A stretch of 64,000 nucleotides of DNA. Origin: a virus. Lineage: Duplodnaviria > Caudoviricetes. Within the stretch, counting starts at the first letter, position 1, and every line of letters begins with the position of its first letter. A model generated the notes under the pieces. It ran no database searches, had not been told where the DNA came from, and saw only the letters and a list, made by a program, of their open reading frames with translations. A program made the position numbers and the translations under genes. Of this stretch, positions 1 to 10,900 are shown in pieces. Location of the stretch: positions 32,001 through 96,000 of IMG/VR virus record IMGVR_UViG_3300028591_000099; one strand, given 5' to 3'.

Positions 1-2
1 GT

Positions 3-182
3 GAAATCCAGGTTTATAAGAAAGTTGGCGTTATCTGCATGATGAATAATGCAATTTGCGTCTACAAAGATACTTCCTTATCTAAGGAAGGTGCGTTCCA
101 GTTAGCTGATACAGTTAAGAACGTTGTTGTTGTCGAAGAGCCTGCAGAAGGCGAAGGCGGCGCAGAAGGATCGGGAAATTAA
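3..182 (+). CDS. Probable major capsid protein, C-terminal end (partial, starts upstream of window)
   Basis: Open frame EIQVYKKVGVICMMNNAICVYKD...EGSGN ending TAA at 180-182; sits immediately upstream of neck genes; capsid call is from motif recall and synteny. Confidence 0.65.
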   Translation, partial: EIQVYKKVGVICMMNNAICVYKDTSLSKEGAFQLADTVKNVVVVEEPAEGEGGAEGSGN

Positions 183-586
183 CGGTAACAGTTAGTAAGT
201 TGACCACTCTTCCATCTTGGGATGCTCATTACACAGATATGCAAACCAACAATGGGGCTGTTACAGTAGAACAAAGTGGTGACGAAGTTTCAATTAAAGG
301 TAGTTTAGCTTCATTAGTATCATTCGCATCCAGTAATCCAGCTCAAGGAGAGCATAAATGGATCGGATTAGATATTAATACAGGTTTAGACTCAATCGTC
401 GGTGCTACTTGGAATGGTAGTGCATTAGAGCAAGCCGATGAAGATGAAGCGACTGGTTTAGGTTTAGCTAAAGGTCACATTGTCTTCTGGGCTAAGGCTG
501 AAGCATTAGCAGAAGCTGCGAGAACCATTGCAATCGGAGCAGAAGACGAAGTCGTTAACTTAAAGGTTGCTTTTGTTGAAGCATAA
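173..586 (+). CDS. Predicted -1 frameshift C-terminal extension of the capsid protein (beta-rich, ~135 aa); the track ORF 200..586 is its 3' part
   Basis: Slippery heptamer G GGA AAT at 173-179 directly before the capsid stop; -1 frame is open (KLTVTVSKLTTLPSW...) to TAA 584-586; no SD before the TTG at 200. Confidence 0.7.
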   Translation, partial: GKLTVTVSKLTTLPSWDAHYTDMQTNNGAVTVEQSGDEVSIKGSLASLVSFASSNPAQGEHKWIGLDINTGLDSIVGATWNGSALEQADEDEATGLGLAKGHIVFWAKAEALAEAARTIAIGAEDEVVNLKVAFVEA

Positions 587-606
587 AAACTTAATATATA
601 AGGAAA

Positions 607-644
607 AAGGGGAGCTAGGGGTAAATCCCCTCTCCCCTTATTTT
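607..644 (+). terminator. Rho-independent terminator after capsid genes
   Basis: AAGGGGAG...CTCCCCTT stem with inner GGGG/CCCC, followed by ATTTT. Confidence 0.75.
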
Positions 645-673
645 CATTAATAGGAGAAAAAGGAGATAATAAT

Positions 674-1222
674 ATGGCAGATTATGTAACTGTTGAAAAT
701 AGAAGTGCTGGAAAAATTGTTTATTCAATTCCAGATAGACATATTCGTAAAGAGCTTGCACCGAGACAGACTATTAGAGTGCCAAAAGAAGAAATCGAAG
801 CACTTGCTTATTCTGCAGGCGGACTTGACTTAATCAGAAACCACCTCTTGGTAAAAGACGAACAGATTTTGGATGAATTAAACGTCCATAGAGAACCTGA
901 ATATTATATGAATGCTGATAATGTCGCAAATTTAATTAAAAATGGAACTTTAGATGAATTTTTAGATGCTTTAGACTTCGCACCAGAAGGTGTTATTGAT
1001 ATGATTAAAGATTTAAGCGTTCAGATTCCATTAAATGATTTTTCAAAAAGAAATGCTCTTAAAGAAAAAACTGGATTTGATGTAGATGCGGCTATCGCTC
1101 ATGATAGAGAAAATAAGGCTGCGGAAGGCGATGAACCGGTCGAGGCAGCTGCACCGAAAGTGCGTAGAGTCCAGGCTAATCCAGCAAGAAGAACTTCTGG
1201 CACAAAAATTATTAAAAAATAG
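674..1222 (+). CDS. Hypothetical phage protein (182 aa), head module
   Basis: SD AAGGAG, intact ORF, TAG stop. Confidence 0.85.
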   Translation: MADYVTVENRSAGKIVYSIPDRHIRKELAPRQTIRVPKEEIEALAYSAGGLDLIRNHLLVKDEQILDELNVHREPEYYMNADNVANLIKNGTLDEFLDALDFAPEGVIDMIKDLSVQIPLNDFSKRNALKEKTGFDVDAAIAHDRENKAAEGDEPVEAAAPKVRRVQANPARRTSGTKIIKK

Positions 1223-1246
1223 TAAATAAGAAAGGAGAGTTATACA

Positions 1247-1927
1247 ATGGGAACTCAATTCACCGATGTATATAACCGCTTTCTTGGTAAAATTACAGAC
1301 GACATGTACATGGAGTTAACTCCAGAGGACACAATGAGGGACCTACGGTCCCTTTTAATTGATGCGATTCCTGGTTTTGAATTTCCACGAAAAATTCTTG
1401 ATGATTACACAATAGAGACTCTTGTTGTTAGAGAAGACAAAGTTGAGGAAGGGGATTTAGTAATTGGAGTCGTATGAAATACTCCGGATGGTCCAGAAGA
1501 TGAAGAAATCTGTGATGTATATGTCGAAAGGTCGTATTTTGAGGCAGATTTGACCAGTGAGGAAATCAATATTCTAGCATTATTAATGATGTGCGGGTGA
1601 CTACAGAGACAAGTCACTTCTATTGAGAATACTCGCATGAAATATAGTGGGTCTGATTTTAAAATGACCTCTCAAGCTAACCATCTTGCCAAATTATTAA
1701 ATTTATTAGGTGAATGCCAAAGACAATCTTTTCATATGCAGAGATTGTATAAACGCAGATATACCAATTCAAAAGGGTATATTAAATCAAATTGGACTCC
1801 ATCACTTGGTTATGGGGTAAATTATAACATCGCTGGTTATTCTGCAGCAGATACTGAAAGTTCATCAAAATCAATTACTATAAATGAGAATGATGAGGTT
1901 GTTTATGACGGCGGAGATGCTCACTAA
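1247..1927 (+). CDS. Putative head-tail adaptor/neck protein (226 aa, code 4)
   Basis: Track ORFs 1247..1477 and 1637..1927 share a frame and are joined across two TGA (…LLMMCG-W-LQRQVTSIENTRMKYSGSDF…); SD AAAGGAG; function from position. Confidence 0.75.
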
Positions 1928-2213
1928 TTTAGAATTTTCTGATGTTGTGATAAAAGCTGATGTTAATAGATTAACCAACCAATTATGGAAATTAATTCCA
2001 ATGAGAGAAAATAATGAAAATTGAATTGAGCAATTAAATACAGTGTTAATTGAAGTTGCGGGATTAGGCGAAATTATTAAAGTAGATGAAAAATATTTAA
2101 TACTTTTAAGTAAATTAGAAGGATTAAAAAAAGTTGATACTGAATTCGTAACTTATAGAAAAACTGTATTTGAATCTATATCATTATTGCGAGAGGTGTT
2201 TTATGCCGCATAG
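1905..2213 (+). CDS. Hypothetical protein (102 aa, code 4), absent from the ORF track
   Basis: GAGGT SD, ATG 1905 (alternative 1917), MTAEMLTNLEF...NQLWKLIPMRENNEN-W(TGA 2022)-IEQL...TAG. Confidence 0.75.
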
Positions 2214-3192
2214 CACAGACCGTTCGCAAATCACTGGAATAAATTTAATGGCAAATAGAATAAACTGGCATGGCGGTCAGCCGCAGCAAGACAGAATGAT
2301 AAGAGATAAACGATGGAGCTTAGATCATGCTACAAAATACTCTTATCAAGCAGCGAAAATCAGACATACTGATTCTATAGATAAAGAAGAGGCTCCAGCT
2401 CTTATTAATCCAGATAAAACAAAATTTAATTATGACGATAAAATTGTCTCTGTTGGTTTTGAATATCGTTATAATCCTGGAGATGTATTTGATTGAATAA
2501 ACACTGATACAAAATGGATCATTTATACTAGAGATTATACTGAACTGGCTTATTTTAAAGGGCAGATTAGAAAGTGTAATTATACAGTAACGTGGCTAGA
2601 TGAAGAGGGCAATGAACACACTCAGCATTTGGCTGTGCGTGGTCCAGTAGAAACAAAAATTAATTATATTCAAAAAAATGGAATTAGTGTTGATACCCCA
2701 AACCACTCACTAAATATCTATATGACAAAGACTCCAGAAGCAATGAAGTATTTTGATCGTTATACTAAATTCTATTTAGGCGGAATTACAGAATATGATA
2801 AAGATACTTGCTGAAGAGTTGAGGCAATGGATGCGGTTAGTACTGATGGTTTAATTCAGATTAACGCGGTTGAGTATTATGCGAATGAAACTAGAGATGA
2901 CCTTGACAGGTCTTTAGTGGATGCGCTGGTGCTTAAACCGGTCGATCCAAACGCCGGTCATGAAGAAGCAGAGCCAATCAAGGGTGAAACATTCATTAAA
3001 CCGAAAATTGAATATAAGTATTTTTATAGAGGAAAAGAAAACTCTACTTGGAGCGTTGATAAAAAAGTTCCAGTTCAACTTACAGTCGAAGATAAGAAAG
3101 TCACACTTAAGTGAATGTCTGGTTATAGTGGGCAATTTACATTAAAGTATGGTTCATCTGAAAAGACTATAGTTGTAGAGTCTTTATTCTAA
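2203..3192 (+). CDS. Putative head-closure/neck protein (329 aa, code 4)
   Basis: SD GAGAGGTG; three TGA join track ORFs 2170/2629/2827; ends …KTIVVESLF TAA; function from position. Confidence 0.7.
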
Positions 3193-3209
3193 GGAGAAAA
3201 GGGAGTATT

Positions 3210-3794
3210 ATGATAATAAAGAATTATACGATACCACATTCATCGTTTATGTCGGTTGATAAAGACTTGGCAATTATAACGGATTGAATGCTGAAGAATA
3301 AGAATCTATGCAAGATTCTCTATTATACAGATCGGGACGCACTTGACCGACCGGCTTTAACACCGGCGCAAGCAGCAGATTTAATTGGTAAACAGATTAA
3401 AATTGTGCCAAAGATTTATATTGATAGAAGTGTGTTAGCATACGTTATTATTTCAATGGATAATTTTACACCAAGTGCAAATCCGCAGTTCAGAGATAAT
3501 GTAGTAACATTTGATATTGTATGTCACTTTGATCAATGACAATTAAAAGATTATCAATTACGTCCTTATAGAATTGCGGCTGAAATTGATTCAATGTTTG
3601 ATAATCAGCATTTAACCGGTATTGGAGAACTTCATTTTATGGGAGCCAGTCAAATTGTATTAAATGATGAGTTTGCTGGATTAACTCTAATGTATGAAGC
3701 AATCCATGGTGGTGAAGATAAGAAGAATACTCCAAACCCAGCTGACCAAGAGAAAATGGAAGCGGACTTTGATGAATTATTTAATGGCAAGTAA
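3210..3794 (+). CDS. Putative tail completion/terminator protein (194 aa, code 4)
   Basis: SD GGGAG; two TGA (…CHFDQ-W-QLKDYQLRPYRIA…); function from position. Confidence 0.65.
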
Positions 3795-4513
3795 TGAAAG
3801 ACTTAGATCTCGCGTTATTTACTGGCGTAGATATACCTGTTCCTAATTATGAAATTGTAATTCATCAACCTACGTTAAAAGAAATCTCTATGGTAGGCGA
3901 GCGGCAGTTTTTATCTGGGATACAATTCTTTTGTATAGATAAAGAACAGTTAGAGGGCGAAAGAGATTTATCAAATACAACCAATTTTCAGATATTTATG
4001 ACAATGATGACTGAAAAGGAGGCTAAAGAGCAGAAAGAATCTGTTATAGATGCATTATCTTTAGTATTCCCAAATACTAAAGTAATGACAACTCCAAGGT
4101 CATTATTGTTAAATTATAATGGAACAAACATTATAATAGATGAAGGAAATTTCGAAGATTTTCAAACAATCTTACGGCAAGTTTTTTGTTTAAAGAAAAA
4201 AGTAGATGATTTTAATCCAGCAAATGCACAGGCAAAGAAAATCGCAGATAAGATTAAAGCGGGTCGTGCCAAAGTGGCTAAACTAAAGGGTGAAGATGTT
4301 GGCAGTATATATGCCAAGTATTTATCTGTATTAGCTGTTGGATTACATCTACCAATAAAAGATTTAATATCTTGTACAATATATCAAATAAACGATCTTT
4401 TGGAAAGATTTGGTCTTTGAACAAATTGAGATATCGACATTCGGTCAAGACTTGCTGGGGCTAAGGCCGATGGCAAGCCTGAAGATTGGATGCGAAATAT
4501 CCATAAAGATTAA
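3794..4513 (+). CDS. Hypothetical tail-module protein, possibly an assembly chaperone (239 aa, code 4)
   Basis: TAATG overlap with upstream gene; extends through two TGA (GL-W-TN-W-DIDIRSRLAG) to TAA 4511-4513. Confidence 0.7.
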
Positions 4514-4536
4514 AAAAAGAAGGAGGAAAGAAGCCC

Positions 4537-5616
4537 ATGAAATATGGTGTTCGTGACGTCGTTGACGTTGTATTAAGAGCTAAGGGTACAATGGATCTTG
4601 GTAACAAGCGTTTTTACAAAAATGAACCTGTATTATATTTCGATACGCTTACCACTTCAACATTAGAAGGTGCTTCTACTACTGTTTATGCTAATGGTGG
4701 TAAAGGTAATGCTCGTTTAATGGCATGGGAAGGTGAACGTACAGTTACTTTCACAATGGAAGATGCCTTAATTTCACCAGAAAGTTTATCTGTTTTAACT
4801 GGTGCTGGTTTAATTGAAGCTTCTGAAGATGCTCCTGTTTATCAGCATATCGTTGAAACAACTGACGCATTCAGTTTTGCGAATAGTGAATTAACTGTTT
4901 ATGTTGATAAAGAGCCATTATTACCGAAACCAGATGCTGAAGGCAACTTAGTTGAAAATGAGAACTATGCTTGCGTTATGTTCACAAAAGATGGTGAAAT
5001 TATCTCTGAACCATACATTGTCGATCAGAATAGCGGAGCTGAAGGTAAAGCCGCAATTGAAGCTGAAGCAGAAGGTGAATTTGCTGGTAAGTTTAAATTA
5101 GTTGTTAATAGTCATGATTGTAACTTTGGTGAAGATGATTGCCATCCAACTAGAGACCAGTATTTAGCTCAACATCTTGAAGATGATTATAAGTTAGCTA
5201 ATGGTGTTTTAGTTGATTATTATCATCCAGTTAGAGAAGGTGCTAAACAGATTGAAATCGATGCTGAAAAGTTCGCTGGTTCTTATTACTTAGAGGGTTC
5301 TACATTATGGAGAGATACAAATGGTGTTGACCACCCAGCTGAATTCATTATTCCTAACTGCAAGATTCAGTCTGCATTTACATTCACTATGGCTGCTACT
5401 GGTGATCCATCTACATTCACATTCACAATGGATGCATTCCCAGATTACACAAGATTTGATAAGACTCATAAAGTATTTGCGGCTATCCAGATTATGGAAA
5501 GTGCTACAACTGCTTCTGATGCTAATAATGACCTCCATCGTGGCCGCACTTGGGCTGGTGGAAAGAGTTATGCCGGTGGTGCAGAAGGTCCAGCAGCTGA
5601 TAACCACGACAACTAG
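4537..5616 (+). CDS. Major tail tube protein (359 aa)
   Basis: Strong SD AAGGAGG; beta-rich with FTFTM…GDPSTFTFTMD end; strongly biased codon use; upstream of tape measure; no TGA. Confidence 0.8.
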   Translation: MKYGVRDVVDVVLRAKGTMDLGNKRFYKNEPVLYFDTLTTSTLEGASTTVYANGGKGNARLMAWEGERTVTFTMEDALISPESLSVLTGAGLIEASEDAPVYQHIVETTDAFSFANSELTVYVDKEPLLPKPDAEGNLVENENYACVMFTKDGEIISEPYIVDQNSGAEGKAAIEAEAEGEFAGKFKLVVNSHDCNFGEDDCHPTRDQYLAQHLEDDYKLANGVLVDYYHPVREGAKQIEIDAEKFAGSYYLEGSTLWRDTNGVDHPAEFIIPNCKIQSAFTFTMAATGDPSTFTFTMDAFPDYTRFDKTHKVFAAIQIMESATTASDANNDLHRGRTWAGGKSYAGGAEGPAADNHDN

Positions 5617-5630
5617 TGGAGGTAAAGCCT

Positions 5631-5819
5631 ATGTTTTCTCGCTCTAGTAAAAGAAGAAAGGTTGCTAAACCAGCAACTGTTACCATTGTAAAACCTGAGC
5701 AGAAAGTTAGTATAGTGAAGCCTGCATTAGATTTATCTAAAGCTAAAATTACTATTATAAAACCAGAACCAGGTTTAAAAATTATGGTTGAAGAAGAAAT
5801 TGAAGGAGAGGGCGAATAA
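5631..5819 (+). CDS. Small hypothetical protein (62 aa) with basic N-terminus and repeated (T/S)I(V/I)KP motif
   Basis: SD GGAGGT, ATG 5631, TAA inside the terminator loop. Confidence 0.55.
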   Translation: MFSRSSKRRKVAKPATVTIVKPEQKVSIVKPALDLSKAKITIIKPEPGLKIMVEEEIEGEGE

Positions 5820-5835
5820 CCCTCTCCTTTTTTTT
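5803..5835 (+). terminator. Rho-independent terminator
   Basis: AAGGAGAGGG/CCCTCTCCTT stem followed by a T run. Confidence 0.85.
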
Positions 5836-5859
5836 AGTTTTAGGAAGGTGGTGGAATAG

Positions 5860-7254
5860 ATGATAGTAAAAACATATAGATTAAAACCTTTTCAAGAAAA
5901 TTTAATACATGGTGGTCAATTTTATGATTCCAAATATTTACAATTAAATTTTTTAAATCCTGTTGATGATGAATTAAGTCAAATGGATATTGCTATTGCT
6001 CAATTAAATGAAGCACACCGATTCTTAAAAACGCAAATTCAAAAGAATGTCACAGATCGTTTAAATCAAGATTTGATGTTACAAACTTTTATTAATGAAT
6101 ATAATTCCGAAGATAATATTGTTAATGAAATTTGAGAACGAATTGAAAATCTTTATAATACTGGAGTTGAAGTACAAAAAAAGGCGACAAAAACTATTTT
6201 AAAAGAGCAAAGTAGAATATGTGAAGATTTACTTCGTCAATATGCTTATATTTTAAATTTAATTGAAAAAAGTGCTCAAGATAAAGATAATATAATTCAT
6301 AGTAATATTTTATTAACAAGATTAAATAGTTTTAAAGAACAATTTGAAGAATTTGAGTCTAGTTTATTAAATAATCCAGAAACAGCTTTAAAAAAATTAG
6401 TTGGTAAAAATGGATATTTAAATCAATTATATTTATATGACAGAATGCTTAAAGGTTATATATTAGAAGAAGATGTCGTAAATAAAAGTAAAAATTTTAT
6501 TTTTTCTGATTTAAAAATTGCAGAACAGCAACCTTTTATTAGTTTAGGAACTGGAACGTTGTTTGTTGAGGGAAAAATGGCCTCAGTCGACACGTTACTT
6601 TTTAAAAGAAGCCAACTTAATGAAAAAATAATGATTTCTTTCAAAAAAGTCCCTCCTGGAGAAGAAAGCAAAAATTATCAACTTATTACAATGTCATTAG
6701 GACAATTTATTGAAACAATGGAAAAAGAGCGTGGTGTTTGAAATTTTTTTATAGATCAATCTAATTACGATATTTTATGTAAACAGTCAATTGCAGCCAT
6801 TCAAGCAAAAGCTTCGCGTCCAAAAGCTAGTATTAAATTTAAATCAAAAACTGATTGATCAACTTTTTCTAATAAATTTGCAGGTATTGAAACAAAAGTT
6901 CTATATGAAATGTATAGATTATATCATTTGTCAGTAGAGTTACCAAAAGGGGGAAAGGATAAAGATAATCATCCTATATATGATGGGAAATCTTGATATA
7001 AACAAAAAACTACTCAATATGCAGTTTTAGCCAATAAAGCATTGGCAAGAAATTTTCAATTTATTGTTGGAGATAATGTTAATTTTATTTTAACAAATGA
7101 ACGAGGTCTAGAAACTGCTGGAGAGTTTATTTTACGGAAAATTAGAGATGGATGATTTTTTAGATGGCAAAATAATTATGCTTATAAAACTTTAGATATT
7201 TCACGTTTACTTGATTTAAAGTATGAAATTAGACTATCTCTTCAACATGAATAA
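5860..7254 (+). CDS. AT-rich hypothetical protein (464 aa, code 4), possible degenerate PD-(D/E)xK fold
   Basis: One frame open from ATG 5860 to TAA 7252-7254 across five TGA. Confidence 0.75.
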
Positions 7255-7296
7255 AAAATTTTTGTTATAATATAAGAGAAAAAGGAGGGTTTACTT

Positions 7297-7827
7297 ATGC
7301 CAAAGGCAAAACCAACATATGCAAAATTAAAATTAACCTCTGAAGTAACTCCAAAAGAGTTCACTTGGGGAGACCAGGTTATTGAGGTTAAGCAATATAT
7401 TTCAATTCAAGATAAATTACAATTAATCTCTGAAGTTGTTAATGCGGCGGCCGATGAAAATCGCTTCGCAAACTGGGGTAAACTTCATATGTATCTGGAC
7501 TTAAAGATTATTGAATACTACACTAATCTCGCAATTACTGACAAGCAGAAAGAAAATGCCGTTAAAATGTATGATGAGATTACTGCTTCTGGATTCAAAA
7601 AGCAATTAAGTGAAAATATGGCAGATACTGAATTAACTAAGTTATATTCAATGTTAGTTGATACAGTTGATGGTATTTATGAATATCAGAACTCTGCTTA
7701 TGGTATTTTAGATTCATTAAATACAGATTATAGTAATTTAAACTTTGATATTGAAAAACTTACTAAAGAAATTGGCAATAAAGAAAACGTCCAATTCTTA
7801 GACCAAGTATTAACCAAACTTGGTTAA
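7297..7827 (+). CDS. Putative tail assembly chaperone (176 aa)
   Basis: SD AAGGAGG; helical acidic protein directly upstream of the tape measure. Confidence 0.6.
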   Translation: MPKAKPTYAKLKLTSEVTPKEFTWGDQVIEVKQYISIQDKLQLISEVVNAAADENRFANWGKLHMYLDLKIIEYYTNLAITDKQKENAVKMYDEITASGFKKQLSENMADTELTKLYSMLVDTVDGIYEYQNSAYGILDSLNTDYSNLNFDIEKLTKEIGNKENVQFLDQVLTKLG

Positions 7828-7872
7828 TCGACTCTGCTATTTTTTAAAGTATTAAAGAAGAATAGACATATT

Positions 7873-7914
7873 AATGCCCTATGAGGATTAAGTTCTTCAT
7901 AGGGCATTTTTTTT
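7873..7914 (+). terminator. Terminator-like hairpin upstream of the tape measure gene
   Basis: AATGCCCTATGAGGA/TCTTCATAGGGCATT stem plus T run. Confidence 0.75.
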
Positions 7915-7941
7915 ATATACGGAGAGAAAGGAGCAGAAAAT

Positions 7942-10900
7942 ATGGCTAAACAGTTAAATGTTGATTTAAGGTTTAATGCGGATACTTCGCAAGCCAAAAG
8001 AGAGATTCAGCAACTACAGCAGTCGTTGGATAAATTAATGACTAATAGCGTGAAGAATACTCCTTTGCAGGATTTTTCTAAAGGCATGATCGAAGCTCAA
8101 CAATCTGCGATGAAACTACAATCTGTTCTAGAAAAAGCAGTAAATGTAGATACTGGTAGATTAGATTTAGTCAAATTTGATCAACAATTAAGAGATTCTG
8201 GATTAACTTTAGACAAATTAGGGTCTCAATTATCTTCATTAGGACCAGACGGCCAACAGGCTTTTCTGCAATTAGCTAATAGTATAGTTACCGCTCAGAA
8301 GCCAATGCGAGAAACTAACAAATTATTAGATGGCATGTGGACTGCATTAAAGAATACAGCTAGATGGCAATTATCTAGTAGTATTTTACATGGATTTATG
8401 GGTGCTTTACAAGGAGCATATGGCTATGCTCAAGATTTAAATGAATCTTTAACTAATATCGCTATTGTTACTGGTCGGTCTGTAGATCAAATGCGAGATT
8501 TTGCTACTCAGGCGAATAAGGCAGCCCAGGCTTTAAGTACGACTACAACGGCATATACAGATGCGGCATTAATTTATTATCAGCAAGGTTTAAGTGATGA
8601 AGAGGTCAAAGCAAGAACTGATGTCACTATTCAAATGGCGAATGTTACTGGCGAATCAGCAGAACATGTATCTAGTTATATGACTGCGATTTGGAATAAC
8701 TTCGCAAAAGGTGGAGAAGATTTAGCTTTATTCGCGGACAAGATTACTGCTCTTGGTGCAGCAACCGCTTCTAGTTCAGAAGAAATCGCGAACGGTATGC
8801 AACAGTTCGCTGCAATCGCAGATACGGTTGGATTAAGTTATGATTATGCGGCAACTGCATTAGCAACTGTTGTAGCACAAACTCGTCAATCAGAATCTAC
8901 TGTTGGTAATAGTTTTAGAACAATTTTCTCAAGATTAGAGGGTTTAAAACTTGGCGAAACATTGGAAGATGGTACTGATTTAAATAAATACTCTAAAGCA
9001 TTAGAGACTATCGGAGTTAGTATTAAAGACCAAAATGGTGAGTTAAAAGATATGGATACCATTTTGGATGAAATTGGTTCAAAATGAGAAACATTAGGTA
9101 GAGATACTCAAATTGCATTAGCTCAAACTGTTGGTGGCGTAAGGCAATATGCTAATTTAATTGCTTTATTTGATCATTGAGATACATTCCAAAAAAACTT
9201 AGCAATTACTCAAGGGGCAGAAGGCACTCTTCAAGAGCAAGCTGATATTTATGCTGAGAGTTGAGAAGCAGCTCAAAAAAGAGTTAAGGCTGCTTGAGAA
9301 TCTATTTATCAAGACTTAATTAGCGATAAATTTTTTACAACTATCTTAAATGGTTTAGCGGATGTGCTAAAAGGTGTCGATGCTTTAATCAAGGGAATTG
9401 GCGGTTTACCTGGAGTATTAGCTGCAACTAGTGCTGCAGTAACAAAGCTTTTTGGTCCTAAATTACAAGAAAGTTTGAAAACTTTTCAAAATAATTTAAA
9501 TACTACTTTTTATGGGGATGAAATTGCGGCTCAAATAGCAAAAGAAGCAAAAGAAGCTGCATTAAAATTAAAAGGGGATAAACTTGAAGATCAAGCCCAA
9601 AATACAATTATAGATAATCAAATTCTTCAAATAGATTTAAATGAAGAACTTAGAAAAAAGCGACTTGAATTAAAAGATAGTGAAATAGAATATTATCAAG
9701 CTTTATTAAAAACTACTGAAGAATTAGCTAAACAAAGTTCTTTGGCAACCGAAGCGAATATTAAAGCTGGTGATAAATTAAAAGAAGCACAAGGAAATTT
9801 TGATTTTAGTATATATACTTCTGATAAAAATTTTTCTTCTAAAAAAGAACAAATGTATAGTGATTTTTTTTCTGGAAGGAATTCACTTGGTCAAAAATTT
9901 TATCAAGAAGCAATATCAGCAGAAGATGAAGCATTAGTTGGTGTATTGACAAAAAAATATGAAAAATTATGGTTAAATGTAGGAAAAACTAAAGAAGAAT
10001 TTGCAAATTTAGTAAGAGCTATACGAGAAAAACATTTAGCTGAGCGAGCAGATTCTGAGGCCAATGCTAAAAATTTAATTGTTTCTAAAGCTGTAGAAAT
10101 GTCTATAAAGGGGCAAAAGGATGCAGCACAATCACTTCTTACAGTAACAAAAGAAGCTATTGAGAGCAAAAAAGCTGAAATTGAGGCTAATAAAGGTGAT
10201 GAAGAAACTATTAAAAGGCTTACCAAAGAATTAAACAATTTAAAACAAATACAAGATAATTTAGAGCATGATCCAAAAGGCAGCTTATCAAAAGAATTAC
10301 AACAAGAATTTGATAAAAGAATGAAGGAACAGCCCGAATTCGAGCAGATAGGTTTTAATTTTAATACAAAAAAAATAGTAGAAGGAGCTCAAGCGGTTTC
10401 TCAATTAACAACAGGAATTGTTTCATTAACTTCTGCCTTCAAAGTATTCGGAGATGAAAGTTTAACTGCGGGCGAAGCAATAACCCAATTTTTTACTGGT
10501 ATTTTAGTTGCAATTCCAGCAATAATAAGTGGATTGCAAAGTTTAACCACTGCTTTATTAGGTGCGGAAGCAGCTTCATTAGGACTGGGTAAAGCTTTAT
10601 TAGTATCGTTAACAACAAAAATTATACCTTTTTTAGCGGCTTTGGCTACAAATCCTATTACTTGAGTTGTTGGGGCAATAGCTGCAATATCTTGATTTTC
10701 AAAAACTAGTAAAAGAGAATTAGAACAAGCTCGAAAAGAAGCTGAAGAAACGCAAAAAAAATTTGAAGAACTTAAACAAAATTATGAAGGTGTTAAATCT
10801 GCTTTAGAACAACACCAAGAAGCTAAAACTGCATTAGAAAAATTAAAAAAGGGAACTTTAGAGTGAGATGAAGCTGTACAAAAACTTAATTCTGATGTTA

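Noticed and set aside
5550-5640. Frameshift extension of the tail tube into the 5631 ORF
   Set aside because: No X XXY YYZ heptamer, a TAA blocks the -1 frame just upstream, and the small ORF has its own SD.
7263-7271. TGnTATAAT extended -10 elements here and at 44948-44956
   Set aside because: No convincing -35, and such matches are common in very AT-rich DNA; not called.
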